A stretch of DNA of 64,000 bases from Chloroflexota bacterium (GCA_963662335.2 CAXXVD010000005.1:512001-576000); one strand, 5' to 3'; shown: positions 1 through 10,166, counted from the first letter of the stretch. A program made the numbers and translations. The notes: generated by a model from the letters alone, not told the origin.

Positions 1-138
1 GCCGTTCGCCCTGAGCAGCGTCGAAGGGTGAACGGCGGCGGAAGCGGGTAGCTACTCCGCACACACATCTCTCCGTTCATGCTTCGACAAGGGCTTTGTG
101 AAGCCCAGGCTTCACGCAGCCCTCAGCACGAACGGAGA
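1..138. repeat. REP-like composite palindrome (CCGTTC..CTGAG..GTCGAAG family)
   Basis: Closely similar to 61093-61214 and, inverted, to 59131-59220; the two arms can form hairpins. Confidence 0.75.
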
Positions 139-312
139 AAGCAGGGCTCATTCTCATCGCCCTGTGTGGCCGGCGGACAGTCACGGTGGTTTCCGCGAAA
201 GCACGACGCTATCTATCCCGCGAAAGCGGGAACCCATCCTCACAAGCATGGACGCCGCCAGAGGCCAAGAACTAGCTGCAAACAACTCAGCCCACCAGAG
301 GAGCGCGGGAAG

Positions 313-1662
313 ATGACAGACGGCGAAAACGGCCGCCTGCGACCGAGTGGAACGTACACCCCCGAGGTGATTGCCGAGATTCAAGAAAAAGCGCAACTGG
401 GGCGCTACCTCATGCGCGGTTTCGGCACCCTGCGCGAGCGCAATTGGGCGACGTTCGACGACCTGACGTTTCTCCCGTGCACCCTGACCCGCATCCCGCT
501 GGAAGGCTACCGCGAACACTGCTCGACCAAGACCGTGATCGGCAGGCGCTACGCGGAGCAACCCATCGAACTCGACCTTCCCATTATGATTACGGGCATG
601 AGTTGGGGCGCGCTCTCGTACAACGCCAAAGTGGCCCTGGCCCAGGGCGCGGCCGCGGTCGGCTCCTCGAACACCACCGGCGACGGCGGCATGTTGGAAG
701 CCGAACGCGAACACAGCAAGACCCTGGTGTATGAGGTCTTGCCCTCGCGCTACGGTGTCAGCATCCACCACGCCCGCGCCGCCGACGCCATCGAACTGAC
801 CATCGGCCAGGGAGCAAAACCGGGCACCGGCGGCCTGCTGCTCGGCTCCAAGGTCTCGGACGTGATTGCCGAGCAGCGCGACCTGCCGGTCGGCGTTGAC
901 CAACGCAGCCCGGCGCGCCACCCGGACTTCCTGGGCCCCGACGACATGATCATCAAGGTGGAGGAACTCCGCGAGGCCACCGACTGGCGCGTGCCGATCT
1001 TCATCAAGATGGGCGCGACCCGCGTCTTCGACGACGTGCGGCTGGCCGCCAAAGCCGGCGCGGACGCGGTGGTGGTGGACGGCATGGAAGGCGGCACCGG
1101 CGCGTCACCGGAGATGCTCCAGGAGCACACGGGCATTCCCACCCTGGCCGCGGTCTGCGAGGCGCGCGCGGCCCTGGAAGACCTGGGGCTCTACGGCGAA
1201 GTGCAACTCATCATCGCCGGCGGCATCCGCCACGGCGTGGACGCCGCCAAAGCGCTGGCGCTCGGCGCGGACGCGGTCTACATCGGCACCTCCGCCCTGA
1301 TCGCCCTCAACTGCAACCGTCCGCTCTACGTGGAAGACTACGAGAAACTCGGTACCAAGCCCGGCTTCTGCCACCACTGCCACACCGGACGCTGCCCGGT
1401 GGGCATCACCACCCAAGACCCGGAACTCATGAAGCGCCTGCCGATCGACGAGGCCGCCGAACGGGTCTCCAGCTACCTGCGCGCGATGGTCTCGGAGATG
1501 CAGATGCTGGCCCGCGCCTGCGGCAAGGCCGACGTGCACGACCTGGACCCGGACGACCTGCGCGCCCTCTCCGCCGAAGCCTCGATGATCTGCGGCATCC
1601 CCCTGGTCGGCACCAACCGCATCGTCGGCGGCGGCCCGGGCTGGGAAGAGCGCGGGCACTAG
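313..1662 (+). CDS. glxD: FMN-binding glutamate synthase family protein (GlxD/MgsC, N-methylglutamate synthase subunit C)
   Basis: GMSWGALS, TTGDGGM, GQGAKPGTGG, VDGMEGGTGA and CHHCHTGRCPVG 3Fe-4S motif; next to sox and glnT genes; start moved to ATG 313 because the upstream part of the ORF is REP DNA. Confidence 0.85.
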   Translation: MTDGENGRLRPSGTYTPEVIAEIQEKAQLGRYLMRGFGTLRERNWATFDDLTFLPCTLTRIPLEGYREHCSTKTVIGRRYAEQPIELDLPIMITGMSWGALSYNAKVALAQGAAAVGSSNTTGDGGMLEAEREHSKTLVYEVLPSRYGVSIHHARAADAIELTIGQGAKPGTGGLLLGSKVSDVIAEQRDLPVGVDQRSPARHPDFLGPDDMIIKVEELREATDWRVPIFIKMGATRVFDDVRLAAKAGADAVVVDGMEGGTGASPEMLQEHTGIPTLAAVCEARAALEDLGLYGEVQLIIAGGIRHGVDAAKALALGADAVYIGTSALIALNCNRPLYVEDYEKLGTKPGFCHHCHTGRCPVGITTQDPELMKRLPIDEAAERVSSYLRAMVSEMQMLARACGKADVHDLDPDDLRALSAEASMICGIPLVGTNRIVGGGPGWEERGH

Positions 1663-1680
1663 GCAAGAAAGCCTGCACCA

Positions 1681-2985
1681 ATGGCAATCCGCCGCCTCAA
1701 AGTCTCCAACTTCCGCAGTTTCAACGAGCTAGACGTCGAACTCGGTGACTTCAACGTGCTCATCGGCGCGAACGCGTCCGGGAAGTCGAACTTCGTAGCG
1801 ATCTTTCGCTTTCTGCGAGACATTGCCACGTCTGGTCTTGACGACGCAATCTCCTTACAGGGCGGAGCGGAGTACTTGCTCAACGCTCAAAGTGAGGAGC
1901 GTATCCCTCTTGCCGTTTCGATTTCTGCAGACGCTACCGGCGACTACGTCTTTGCTGGTCTGAATGGTGAAGAAGCCCAAGATGATTGCCGCTATTACGT
2001 GGCGGTGCGCAAGGTAGACTACAGCTTTGCTCTAGACTTTAGTGGCGCTGGCCAACCTGAGATACGCGAAGACAAGCTTGACCTCACGTGCGAATTCACG
2101 CGGGAACCAAAGGAAAGCGCCGAGGAACCTGGGACTGCAAACAGTCGATATAGTGGAGTCATTAGTCTAACAGCCAAGGACGGGCTGCCTGTATTCACGA
2201 CGAGCATTCCACTCATCACTCTCTTCGATGGATTCAAAGAGATTTCGCAGAGCGTCTTTACTGCCTTACGCAAGCATAGTGTGAGTGAGACTGCACCTTC
2301 AGCACTCTTGCTTGAGAAAGCCTTCTTCTACATTCCCATATTTGCAGACGCTTCACGAGCGTTCACCGGCAGCAACATTGCCTTCCATACCTTCAATTCG
2401 CAACTGGCAAGAAAGCCATCGGAAGTCGGAGCTAAGGCTGGGCTAGCGGAGGATGGCAGCAACCTCGCTCTGGTACTGCGGAAGATCTTCGCGGATAGCG
2501 AAGAAAAGCGGCGCTTCCTGCTTCACTACCGTGATATTCTGCCGTTCGTGGCAGATGTGGATGTGGAGACGCTCGACCGTTCCCTTCTCATCATGTTCAG
2601 AGAAACCTACACGCCCGACCGCATGTTCCCTTCAACTTTCGCAGCAGATGGAACGATGGATGCAGCCGCTCTCGTGGCGGCCCTCTACTTCCAGGAGCGC
2701 GCGGTTGTCATCATCGAGGAACCGGAAAGACACTTGCACCCGAATCTTATTGCAAAGCTAGTTGCAATGTTGGAAGACGTTTTAGAACATAAGCAAATCA
2801 TCGTCACCACGCACAACCCTGAACTAGTCAAGCATTCCAGACGTGAGGACATTCTGCTTGTGTCGCGGGATACCGACGGACACTCCAAGATATCCAGACC
2901 TGCCGAAAGGGAGCACGTGCAAGTGTTTCTCGAAAACGACCTAGGCATTGAGGATCTCTACGTCGACAACCTACTGGAAGGTTGA
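1681..2985 (+). CDS. AAA_21/ABC-type ATPase (putative defence)
   Basis: NFRSF start, Walker A GANASGKSN, ADGT signature, IIEEPERHLHP Walker B/D-loop, TTHNP H-loop. Confidence 0.85.
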   Translation: MAIRRLKVSNFRSFNELDVELGDFNVLIGANASGKSNFVAIFRFLRDIATSGLDDAISLQGGAEYLLNAQSEERIPLAVSISADATGDYVFAGLNGEEAQDDCRYYVAVRKVDYSFALDFSGAGQPEIREDKLDLTCEFTREPKESAEEPGTANSRYSGVISLTAKDGLPVFTTSIPLITLFDGFKEISQSVFTALRKHSVSETAPSALLLEKAFFYIPIFADASRAFTGSNIAFHTFNSQLARKPSEVGAKAGLAEDGSNLALVLRKIFADSEEKRRFLLHYRDILPFVADVDVETLDRSLLIMFRETYTPDRMFPSTFAADGTMDAAALVAALYFQERAVVIIEEPERHLHPNLIAKLVAMLEDVLEHKQIIVTTHNPELVKHSRREDILLVSRDTDGHSKISRPAEREHVQVFLENDLGIEDLYVDNLLEG

Positions 2986-3518
2986 GTGTGCCATACCGGC
3001 GGCTGTACATTTGTGTGGAGGGCCCTGACGACGAGTTGTTCTTCGATAGAGTAGTGAAGCCCCAACTGGAGGGCGTGTATGATGACATTAGCTTCTTTAG
3101 GCATGCTGAGAAGTCCACCAAGAAATGCAGGAGTTTTCTCAATAGCGTTAGGAAGACCGTCGGAGCGGATGTCATTTGGGTTTGCGATAATGACAGAGTG
3201 CCGTGCGTGACAGTTAGGAAAGAGAAAGTTAAGGAGCGGCTGCAAGTCAAATTCGACCTTAGCATCTTGGTGGTCGTCACTGAAATTGAAAGTTGGTTTC
3301 TTGCTGGCATCGGTGAACAGAGTAGCCGAGACTTGCGTACCGACGAATTGCCCAATACAGATAGAGTCACCAAGGATGCATTCCTTGACATGCGACCGCC
3401 AAGAATAAAAACCAACCGGGAATTCATGCTGGCAATTCTCGATCACTTTTCAGTCGAGACAGCGAAAGTCAAGAATCGTTCATTTCGCTATTTATGCCAG
3501 AACTACCTTTGCAATTAG
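2982..3518 (+). CDS. TOPRIM-like partner protein (DUF4276/OLD-type)
   Basis: ICVEGPDD, CDND and EIESWFLA motifs; 4-nt overlap with the ATPase. Confidence 0.65.
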   Translation: MSVPYRRLYICVEGPDDELFFDRVVKPQLEGVYDDISFFRHAEKSTKKCRSFLNSVRKTVGADVIWVCDNDRVPCVTVRKEKVKERLQVKFDLSILVVVTEIESWFLAGIGEQSSRDLRTDELPNTDRVTKDAFLDMRPPRIKTNREFMLAILDHFSVETAKVKNRSFRYLCQNYLCN

Positions 3519-3612
3519 CATCCAGGAGTCCTAATTCAACTGGCGCATGCTGGCTAGGGGCCACTATCCATGACACCCACCTCAATCCAGGCTATCTCGG
3601 AGTAACACTCTC

Positions 3613-3873
3613 GTGTCATTCCTAATACCCTGTCCCAACTGCGGCCAGCGCAGCGTTTATGAGTTTCGCTTTGGCGGTGAGGTGAAGACGCGGCCGGCGG
3701 CGGGTTCCAGCGATGAGGCGTGGTTGGGATACAGCTATGCCGCGGCGAACAACGCGCGCTCGCAGAAGGAGTGGTGGTTCCACACGTACGGCTGCCGCCA
3801 GTGGTTGTTTGCCGTGCGGGATACGGTGACGAATGAGGTCAGTGAAACCAGCCTGCCCGAGGAGACGCCGTGA
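3613..3873 (+). CDS. soxD: Sarcosine oxidase/NMG dehydrogenase delta subunit
   Basis: CPNCG..EF.FGG, EWWFH..GC..W...RDT.TNE zinc-binding pattern. Confidence 0.9.
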   Translation: MSFLIPCPNCGQRSVYEFRFGGEVKTRPAAGSSDEAWLGYSYAAANNARSQKEWWFHTYGCRQWLFAVRDTVTNEVSETSLPEETP

Positions 3874-6644
3874 GTCGCGCTTCAGATTCCCGTCATTCCC
3901 GCAAAAGCGGGAATCCATCTTCTGCCGCGTCGGAGAGTAACGCGCAGTCCGCGGTCACCATTCATTTCAACGGCAAGCCGATCGCGGCGCAGCCGGACGA
4001 CACGGTGGCCTCCGCGCTTTATCGCTCCGGCCGGCGCATCTTCAGCCGCAGTTTCAAGTATCATCGTCCGCGCGGTTTGCTCTGCGTGGCGGGCCGGTGT
4101 CCCAACTGCCTGATGAACGTGGACGGCGCGCCCAACGTGCGCGCTTGCGCGCAGCCGGTGCGCGACGGCATGACGGTCACGCACCAGAACGCCAATCCTT
4201 CCTTGGAGACCGACTTTCTGGCGGTGGCCGAACGCTTTGCCTGGGCCATGCCGGTGGGGTTCTATTACAAGACCTTCACCCATCCCTGGATGTGGCGCCT
4301 TGCCGAGCCGCTCATTCGCCGCGCCGCCGGCCTGGGCAAGGTGGACCAAGAGCCAAGTCCGGATGCGGAACACGCCTACGAGCACGTCTTCCTGCACACG
4401 ACTACGACCGTAGTCGGCGGCGGGCCGTACGGCATGCAAGCCGCCCTGGAAGCGGCAGCGCAGGGCGAAGACGTTGTTCTCATCGACGACCAACCAATTT
4501 TGGGCGGACACCTGCGCTATGCAGGCTCCGGCGGCAACGGTTCAGGCGCAACGCCGGCGTCCATGTCACAATCCACCGAAGAATCGCAACCCGACCGCGA
4601 GAGCCTTGCGCGGCGCGTTCATGAAAACCCGCGCATCACCGCCTTCACCAATGCCACCTGCTTCGGTCTCTACGAGGGCAATCTGCTGGCGTTTGCGCAC
4701 CGGCAGCCGGAATCCCCCGTCGCGCAATGCCTTACGCAACTGCGCACCAACCGCATCGTCATCGCCACCGGCGCTCACGAGATCCCGCTGCTCTTCGAAA
4801 ACAACGATCTTCCCGGCGTTATGTTGAGCAGCGGCGTCCTGCGTCTCATCGGCCTGCACGGGGTCAAACCTGGCGAACGCGCCGTTATCGTGGGCAATGA
4901 AGCAGCGGCGGAACCGCTCAAAGAGGCGTTGGAAGCTGCCAACATCACGCTGGCCGGCGTCGTGCCGCCCGCGCAGGTCGTCAAAGCCACCGGCCGCAAG
5001 CGCGTAACCGGACTCAAGACCACCGAGCGCGATTTCCCCTGCGATCTAGTCGTCGTTTGCGGCGACTGGGCGCCGGACGCGGGGCTCGTCGCGCAAGCGG
5101 GCGGCCACGTCGCATGGGACGAGGAGCGCGGCGTGTTCGCCACCGGCGCACTGCCGGACGGCGTATCCGCCGTGGGCGCAGTCACCGGCGAGTCACTGCC
5201 GCCCGCCGCCGGCCTCTCATTCCACGCCGACTCTAATCCCAAGAAAGTCTTCGTTTGTCCCTGCGAGGACGTTTCGCTCCACGACCTGGAAACCGCCATC
5301 GATGAAGGTTTCGACCACATCGAGACCCTCAAGCGCTATACCACCACCACCATGGGCCCCTGCCAGGGCAAGATGTGCCACCAGGCGGCCATCAGCGTCT
5401 GCGCACAGCATACCGGGCGCACAATTCAAGAAACCGGCAGGACCACCTCCCGTCCGCCCACCTCGCCCGTGCCGCTGGGCGCGCTGGCCGGGCCGCACCA
5501 GCATCCGGTCAAGCGCACGCCCATGCACGCCAAGCACGACGAAATCGGCTGCGTCTGGATGGACATGGGCGAGTGGAAGCGGCCGCTCTACTACGGCGCG
5601 CCGGACACCAAGCAAGAGTCGGTTGAGCAAGAGTACTGGGCGGTGCGCAAGCATGTAGGCCTCATCGACCTGAGCACACTCGGCAAGCTGGACGTCGTCG
5701 GCAAGGACGCCGGCAAACTCCTGGACAAGGTCTACACCAATCGCTTCTCCGATTTGCGCGTGGGCCGCGCGCGCTACGGCGTGATTTGCGACGAGGCCGG
5801 CATCATCCTGGACGACGGCACGGTCTCCCGCGTCGCCGACGATCGCTACTTCATTACCACCACCACCGGCAACATCGAGTTCGTGCAGGAGTGGCTGGAA
5901 TGGTGGCTGGCCGGCAGCGGCATGTGCGTCCACGTCACCAACGTCACCGGCGGCCTGGCGGCCGTGAACGTGGCCGGGCCCAAGGCCCGCGAGACGCTGG
6001 CCAAGCTCACCGAACGCGACCTGAGCAACAAGCGTTTCGGCTACATGCGCTGCCGCCGGGCGGAGGTGGCAGGCGTGCCCAGCCTCATGCTGCGCATCGG
6101 CTTCGTGGGCGAGACCGGCTGGGAGATTCACTATCCGGCGGAATACGGCGAGCACGTCTGGGACGCCATCCTGGAAGCGGGCAAAGAGTTCGACATCCGG
6201 CCCTTTGGCGTCGAGACCCAGCGCGTGCTCCGCCTGGAGAAGAAGCACGTGATCGTCAGCGTGGATACCGACGCCACCAGCAACCCCATCGAAGCCGACC
6301 TGGCGTGGGTCGCGAAACTCGACAAGCCCGACTTCATCGGCAAGGCCGCCATCAGCCGCGCCAAGGACCGCCCACCCCGCGAAAAGCTGGTGGGATTCGT
6401 CATGGATGACGACGTGCTGCCGCCGGACGGCTGCGTGATCATCGCCGGCGGCCAACCGGCGGGACGCATCACCAGCGTGCGCCGTTCGCCGGTAAACGAG
6501 AAAGTCATCGGCCTGGCCTGGGTTGCCGCAGACCTTGCGACGGCGGGCCAAACCATCACCATGCGCGTGGACGGCCGGCCCGCCACCGCGCGCATCAAAG
6601 ACGAGCCCTTCTACGATCCCGCGCAGAAACGGCTGCGCCAGTGA
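3870..6644 (+). CDS. soxA: Sarcosine oxidase/NMG dehydrogenase alpha subunit
   Basis: RSFKYHRPRG, GGGPYG Rossmann motif, CPCEDV..MGPCQGKMC, C-terminal GcvT fold (DLSTLGK, LRLEK, PFYDP). Confidence 0.9.
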   Translation: MSRASDSRHSRKSGNPSSAASESNAQSAVTIHFNGKPIAAQPDDTVASALYRSGRRIFSRSFKYHRPRGLLCVAGRCPNCLMNVDGAPNVRACAQPVRDGMTVTHQNANPSLETDFLAVAERFAWAMPVGFYYKTFTHPWMWRLAEPLIRRAAGLGKVDQEPSPDAEHAYEHVFLHTTTTVVGGGPYGMQAALEAAAQGEDVVLIDDQPILGGHLRYAGSGGNGSGATPASMSQSTEESQPDRESLARRVHENPRITAFTNATCFGLYEGNLLAFAHRQPESPVAQCLTQLRTNRIVIATGAHEIPLLFENNDLPGVMLSSGVLRLIGLHGVKPGERAVIVGNEAAAEPLKEALEAANITLAGVVPPAQVVKATGRKRVTGLKTTERDFPCDLVVVCGDWAPDAGLVAQAGGHVAWDEERGVFATGALPDGVSAVGAVTGESLPPAAGLSFHADSNPKKVFVCPCEDVSLHDLETAIDEGFDHIETLKRYTTTTMGPCQGKMCHQAAISVCAQHTGRTIQETGRTTSRPPTSPVPLGALAGPHQHPVKRTPMHAKHDEIGCVWMDMGEWKRPLYYGAPDTKQESVEQEYWAVRKHVGLIDLSTLGKLDVVGKDAGKLLDKVYTNRFSDLRVGRARYGVICDEAGIILDDGTVSRVADDRYFITTTTGNIEFVQEWLEWWLAGSGMCVHVTNVTGGLAAVNVAGPKARETLAKLTERDLSNKRFGYMRCRRAEVAGVPSLMLRIGFVGETGWEIHYPAEYGEHVWDAILEAGKEFDIRPFGVETQRVLRLEKKHVIVSVDTDATSNPIEADLAWVAKLDKPDFIGKAAISRAKDRPPREKLVGFVMDDDVLPPDGCVIIAGGQPAGRITSVRRSPVNEKVIGLAWVAADLATAGQTITMRVDGRPATARIKDEPFYDPAQKRLRQ
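3891..3917. repeat. REP-like hairpin CGTCATTCCCGC-AAAA-GCGGGAATCCA inside the soxA 5' end
   Basis: Same family as 8715-8741, 59811-59887, 61262-61290 and ~215-236. Confidence 0.7.
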
Positions 6645-7327
6645 GACCAGTGATGCAAGCGCCTCTCAAACAGTCCCCTCTCTATCACGTTCTTAATGGC
6701 GTAGGCGCCACAATTGGCCCCCACCATGGCTGGAATACCGCATTGTCAATCGCTGCCCCGGACGCGGAGGCGGCGGCAATTGCAGATGGCGTGTGCATCG
6801 CGGACGCAAGTTGGCTGGGAAAGTTGGAACTCAAAGGCCGCCACGAAGATTTGGCGTCACTCACCATAGACGGTGGCAAAGCCTGGAAACTAGCGCACGG
6901 GCACTATTTCATAGCGTGTGAGCCGGAGCAAACAGGCTCAATTGCCCAATCGCTAGCGGGGCAAGCGGAAGCACAGGAATCCGAGAGTGCGGGGAACGCA
7001 CGCTGCACTCACGTCATTGACGTGACCTCCGCTTACGCGGGGATCGTCGTCGCCGGCCCCAGCAGCCGCGACGTGCTCCAGCGGCTGACGGCGCCCGACG
7101 TTTCCCATGCTGCGCTGGCGGATGGGTCTTGCCTGAGCGCCAAGGTTGCCGGAATTCATGCGCGGGTAATCAGGGACGACCTTGGCGACGCGCTTGCCTA
7201 TTGGCTGTTCGTTGGCGCTGAGTACGCGGCATATGCCTGGGAAGCAATCATCCACGCCGGGCGGCCGTTCGGCATTGCGCCGGTAGGGTGTGAAGCCCTG
7301 ATGCAGGCGCGCAAAGGCGGCACATGA
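6641..7327 (+). CDS. soxG: Sarcosine oxidase gamma subunit / GcvT-like protein
   Basis: DASWLGKLEL, DVTSAY...GP.SRDVL, YAAYAW pattern; overlaps soxA and soxB. Confidence 0.75.
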   Translation: MRPVMQAPLKQSPLYHVLNGVGATIGPHHGWNTALSIAAPDAEAAAIADGVCIADASWLGKLELKGRHEDLASLTIDGGKAWKLAHGHYFIACEPEQTGSIAQSLAGQAEAQESESAGNARCTHVIDVTSAYAGIVVAGPSSRDVLQRLTAPDVSHAALADGSCLSAKVAGIHARVIRDDLGDALAYWLFVGAEYAAYAWEAIIHAGRPFGIAPVGCEALMQARKGGT

Positions 7328-8589
7328 TCCAGTTGTTTCGCAAAGAGCGCATGTGGCGCGCGCAAGAACTCAAGCGCAGCTACGACGTCGTCATCATCGG
7401 CGCGGGCGTGCACGGTCTCGCCACGGCCTACTACCTGGGCAAGGACCACGGCATCACCAACGTTGCGGTGTTGGAGAAGAACTACCTGGGCGCCGGCAAC
7501 TCGGGCCGCAACACCGCCATCATCCGCGCCAACTACCGCACGCCGGAGGGCGTGCCCTTCTTCGCCCGCTCGCTGGCGCTCTACGAAGACCTCTCGCGGG
7601 AACTTGAGTGGAACCTGCTCTTCAACCAGTGCGGCCACCTGACCCTGGCCCACACCGACTCTTCGGTTGACGGCTTGCGCGTGCGGGCCGAGACCAACCA
7701 GATCATGGGCGTGGACAGCCGCGTCATCTATCCCGACGAAATCAAGAAACTCGTGCCCGCCCTGGACGTAAGCGACCGTCCGCGCCTGCCGGTGATGGCC
7801 GCCCTCTACCATCCGCCCGGCGGCATCATCCGCCACGACGCCGTAGTCTGGGGCTACGCCCGCGCTTGCGACCGCATGGGCATCGAGATCCATCCGTATA
7901 CGGAAGCGACGGGCATTGAGATCAACGGCTCGCTTGCGAACGACAACAGTGCTGCCCCAAGGGGCCTCAACACGCCGGACGGCAAGATCACCGGCGTTGA
8001 AACCACCGAGGGCGGCATCGCCACCAATACCGTCGTGAACTGCGCCGCCGGTTGGGCAACCACAGTCTCGCGCATGGTCGGCGTGGCCCTGCCAATTGTA
8101 ACCCAGCCACTGCAAGCCTGCGTCACCGAACCGCTCAAGCCGTTTCTCGACAAAGTCATCGTATCGGCAAACCTGCACGTCTACATCAGCCAATCGGACC
8201 GGGGCGATTGCGTCATGGGCGCGGAGGTTGACCCGTTTCAGTCCTACAGCATGTTGGGCACGCTGCCCACGCTGGAGCAGATGGCCACCTACACGCTGGA
8301 ACTCTTCCCCCAGTTGCACAACGTCAACGTCCTGCGCCAGTGGGCGGGCATCTGCGACATGACCCCCGACTTCTCGCCCATCATCGGCGCGGTAGACGGC
8401 TTGGCAGGCTACCACTTGGACGTCGGCTGGGGCACGTACGGCTTCAAGGCCGGCCCGGCGGCCGGCAAGTACCTGGCGGAACGTATCGCCACCGGCGAGA
8501 CGCCAAAGCTCATCGAGCCGTTTCGGCTGTCGCGCTTCCGCGAAGAGCACCTGGTAGGCGAGAAAGCCGCGGCGGCGGTGTCGCACTAG
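7324..8589 (+). CDS. soxB: Sarcosine oxidase/NMG dehydrogenase beta subunit (FAD oxidoreductase)
   Basis: GAGVHG, GNSGRNTAIIRANY, RHDAVVWGYA, DMTPDFSP, GWGTYGFK, C-terminal AAAVSH. Confidence 0.9.
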   Translation: MIQLFRKERMWRAQELKRSYDVVIIGAGVHGLATAYYLGKDHGITNVAVLEKNYLGAGNSGRNTAIIRANYRTPEGVPFFARSLALYEDLSRELEWNLLFNQCGHLTLAHTDSSVDGLRVRAETNQIMGVDSRVIYPDEIKKLVPALDVSDRPRLPVMAALYHPPGGIIRHDAVVWGYARACDRMGIEIHPYTEATGIEINGSLANDNSAAPRGLNTPDGKITGVETTEGGIATNTVVNCAAGWATTVSRMVGVALPIVTQPLQACVTEPLKPFLDKVIVSANLHVYISQSDRGDCVMGAEVDPFQSYSMLGTLPTLEQMATYTLELFPQLHNVNVLRQWAGICDMTPDFSPIIGAVDGLAGYHLDVGWGTYGFKAGPAAGKYLAERIATGETPKLIEPFRLSRFREEHLVGEKAAAAVSH

Positions 8590-8714
8590 CCCCCGCGCCA
8601 CTTGTGTATGATGTATACGGTCGGCGGCAACCCCGGCCCGACATGCCGGAACAGGCCTGTCGTTTTGAAACAGATCCGTGTTTCCGGCGCAGGCCCGTCA
8701 CAACCGAAAAGGCC

Positions 8715-8741
8715 CGTCATTCCGGCGAAAGCCGGAATCCA
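8715..8741. repeat. REP-like hairpin CGTCATTCCGGC-GAAA-GCCGGAATCCA
   Basis: Perfect stem in the soxB-glnT intergenic region; family member. Confidence 0.75.
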
Positions 8742-8816
8742 GCGGGGAGCGGGGATTGTCGTGCCGCGTCAACAGCGCCGGAAACCAATAAGCAGCACTT
8801 TAGAGGAGGAAATCCC

Positions 8817-10151
8817 ATGACACTCGACCAGGTAAAGACACTGGTAGCCGAGCGCGGCATCAAGTTCTTTCTCTGCTCCTACGTGGAGATGAGCGGCGCG
8901 CCCAAGGCCAAACTCATTCCCGCCACCCACGTGGAGGACATGGCGGCGGGCAGCGCCGGGTTCGCCGGCTTTGCCGCCGGCGAGATGGGCCAAAGCCCCC
9001 ATGACCCGGACATGCTCTGCCATCCCGATTTCAATTCGCTCCTCATCCTGCCCTGGCGGCCGGACATTGCCTGGATTTCCGGCAACATCCACGTGAACGA
9101 CGCGCCCTGGCACTACGGCCCGCGCACCATCTTGCAGCGGCAGTTGGATAAGGCTGCGCAAGCGGGCTATCTCATGAACGTGGGCACGGAAGCCGAATTC
9201 ATGCTGCTCAAGCAAGACGAGCACGGCGGTTACGCCCCCTGGGACGCGCTGGACACCCTGGACAAGCCCTGCTACGACGTGCGCGCCCTCTACCGCAATC
9301 TCGACGTCATCACCACCCTGGTCGGCCACATGCAGGAACTCGGCTGGGAACCGTACGCCTCCGACCACGAGGACGCCACCTGCCAGTTCGAACTCAACTG
9401 GCTCTACGCAGACGGCCTCACCACCGCCGACCGCCACACGTTCTTCCGCTGGATGGTCAAGACGGTGGCCGAGGAACACGGCCTCACCGCCACGTTCATG
9501 CCCAAGCCGATCCAAAACCTGACCGGCAACGGCGCCCACTGCCACGTGAGCCTCTGGGACACGGCGAACACCACCAACCTCTTCCTCGATGAGGACGACG
9601 AGAACGGTCTCTCCCAGCTAGCCTACTGGTTTACCGGCGGCGTGCTGCACCACGCGCGCGCGCTGACGGCGGTGACCTGTCCCATCGTGAACAGCTACAA
9701 GCGCCTGATTCGCGGCCAGCCGCGCTCCGGCGCGACCTGGGCGCCCGTATATGGTACGTATGGCGGCTCCAACCGCACCCAGATGATCCGCATCCCTGAC
9801 CCCGGACGCATCGAAAACCGCATCGTGGACGGCGCCACGAATCCCTATCTCGCCTACACCGTGCTGCTGGCCGCCGGCCTGGACGGCATCGCCAACCAGA
9901 TGGATCCCGGCCCACGCAACGACGACAACCTCTACGAACTCTCCGAAGCGGAACTCCACCGCCGCGGCATCACGTTCCTGCCCACCAGCCTGCCCGAGGC
10001 GCTGGACGAACTTGACAAGGACGACGTCCTCAAAGAAGCCCTGGGCCGCGAATACGCCGACTACTTCATCGCCGTCAAACGCGAGGAGTGGAACCGCTAC
10101 CACCTGAGCGTGAGCCAGTGGGAGCTGGATAACTATATCGGCGTGTTCTAA
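8817..10151 (+). CDS. glnT: GlnT-type glutamate-ammonia ligase / gamma-glutamylmethylamide synthetase (GmaS)
   Basis: GAPKAKLIP, GFAGFA, KPCYD, DHED..CQFE, ATFMPKP, NSYKRL, SGATWAP, NRTQMIR; GAGGAGG RBS before ATG 8817. Confidence 0.88.
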   Translation: MTLDQVKTLVAERGIKFFLCSYVEMSGAPKAKLIPATHVEDMAAGSAGFAGFAAGEMGQSPHDPDMLCHPDFNSLLILPWRPDIAWISGNIHVNDAPWHYGPRTILQRQLDKAAQAGYLMNVGTEAEFMLLKQDEHGGYAPWDALDTLDKPCYDVRALYRNLDVITTLVGHMQELGWEPYASDHEDATCQFELNWLYADGLTTADRHTFFRWMVKTVAEEHGLTATFMPKPIQNLTGNGAHCHVSLWDTANTTNLFLDEDDENGLSQLAYWFTGGVLHHARALTAVTCPIVNSYKRLIRGQPRSGATWAPVYGTYGGSNRTQMIRIPDPGRIENRIVDGATNPYLAYTVLLAAGLDGIANQMDPGPRNDDNLYELSEAELHRRGITFLPTSLPEALDELDKDDVLKEALGREYADYFIAVKREEWNRYHLSVSQWELDNYIGVF

Positions 10152-10166
10152 TCTCTGAACTCCTGT

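Noticed and set aside
79-312. N-terminal extension of the glxD ORF; similar extensions at 8340-8816, 24749-24895 and 33079-33483
   Set aside because: They run through REP DNA or neighbouring genes; downstream starts fit the family N-termini better
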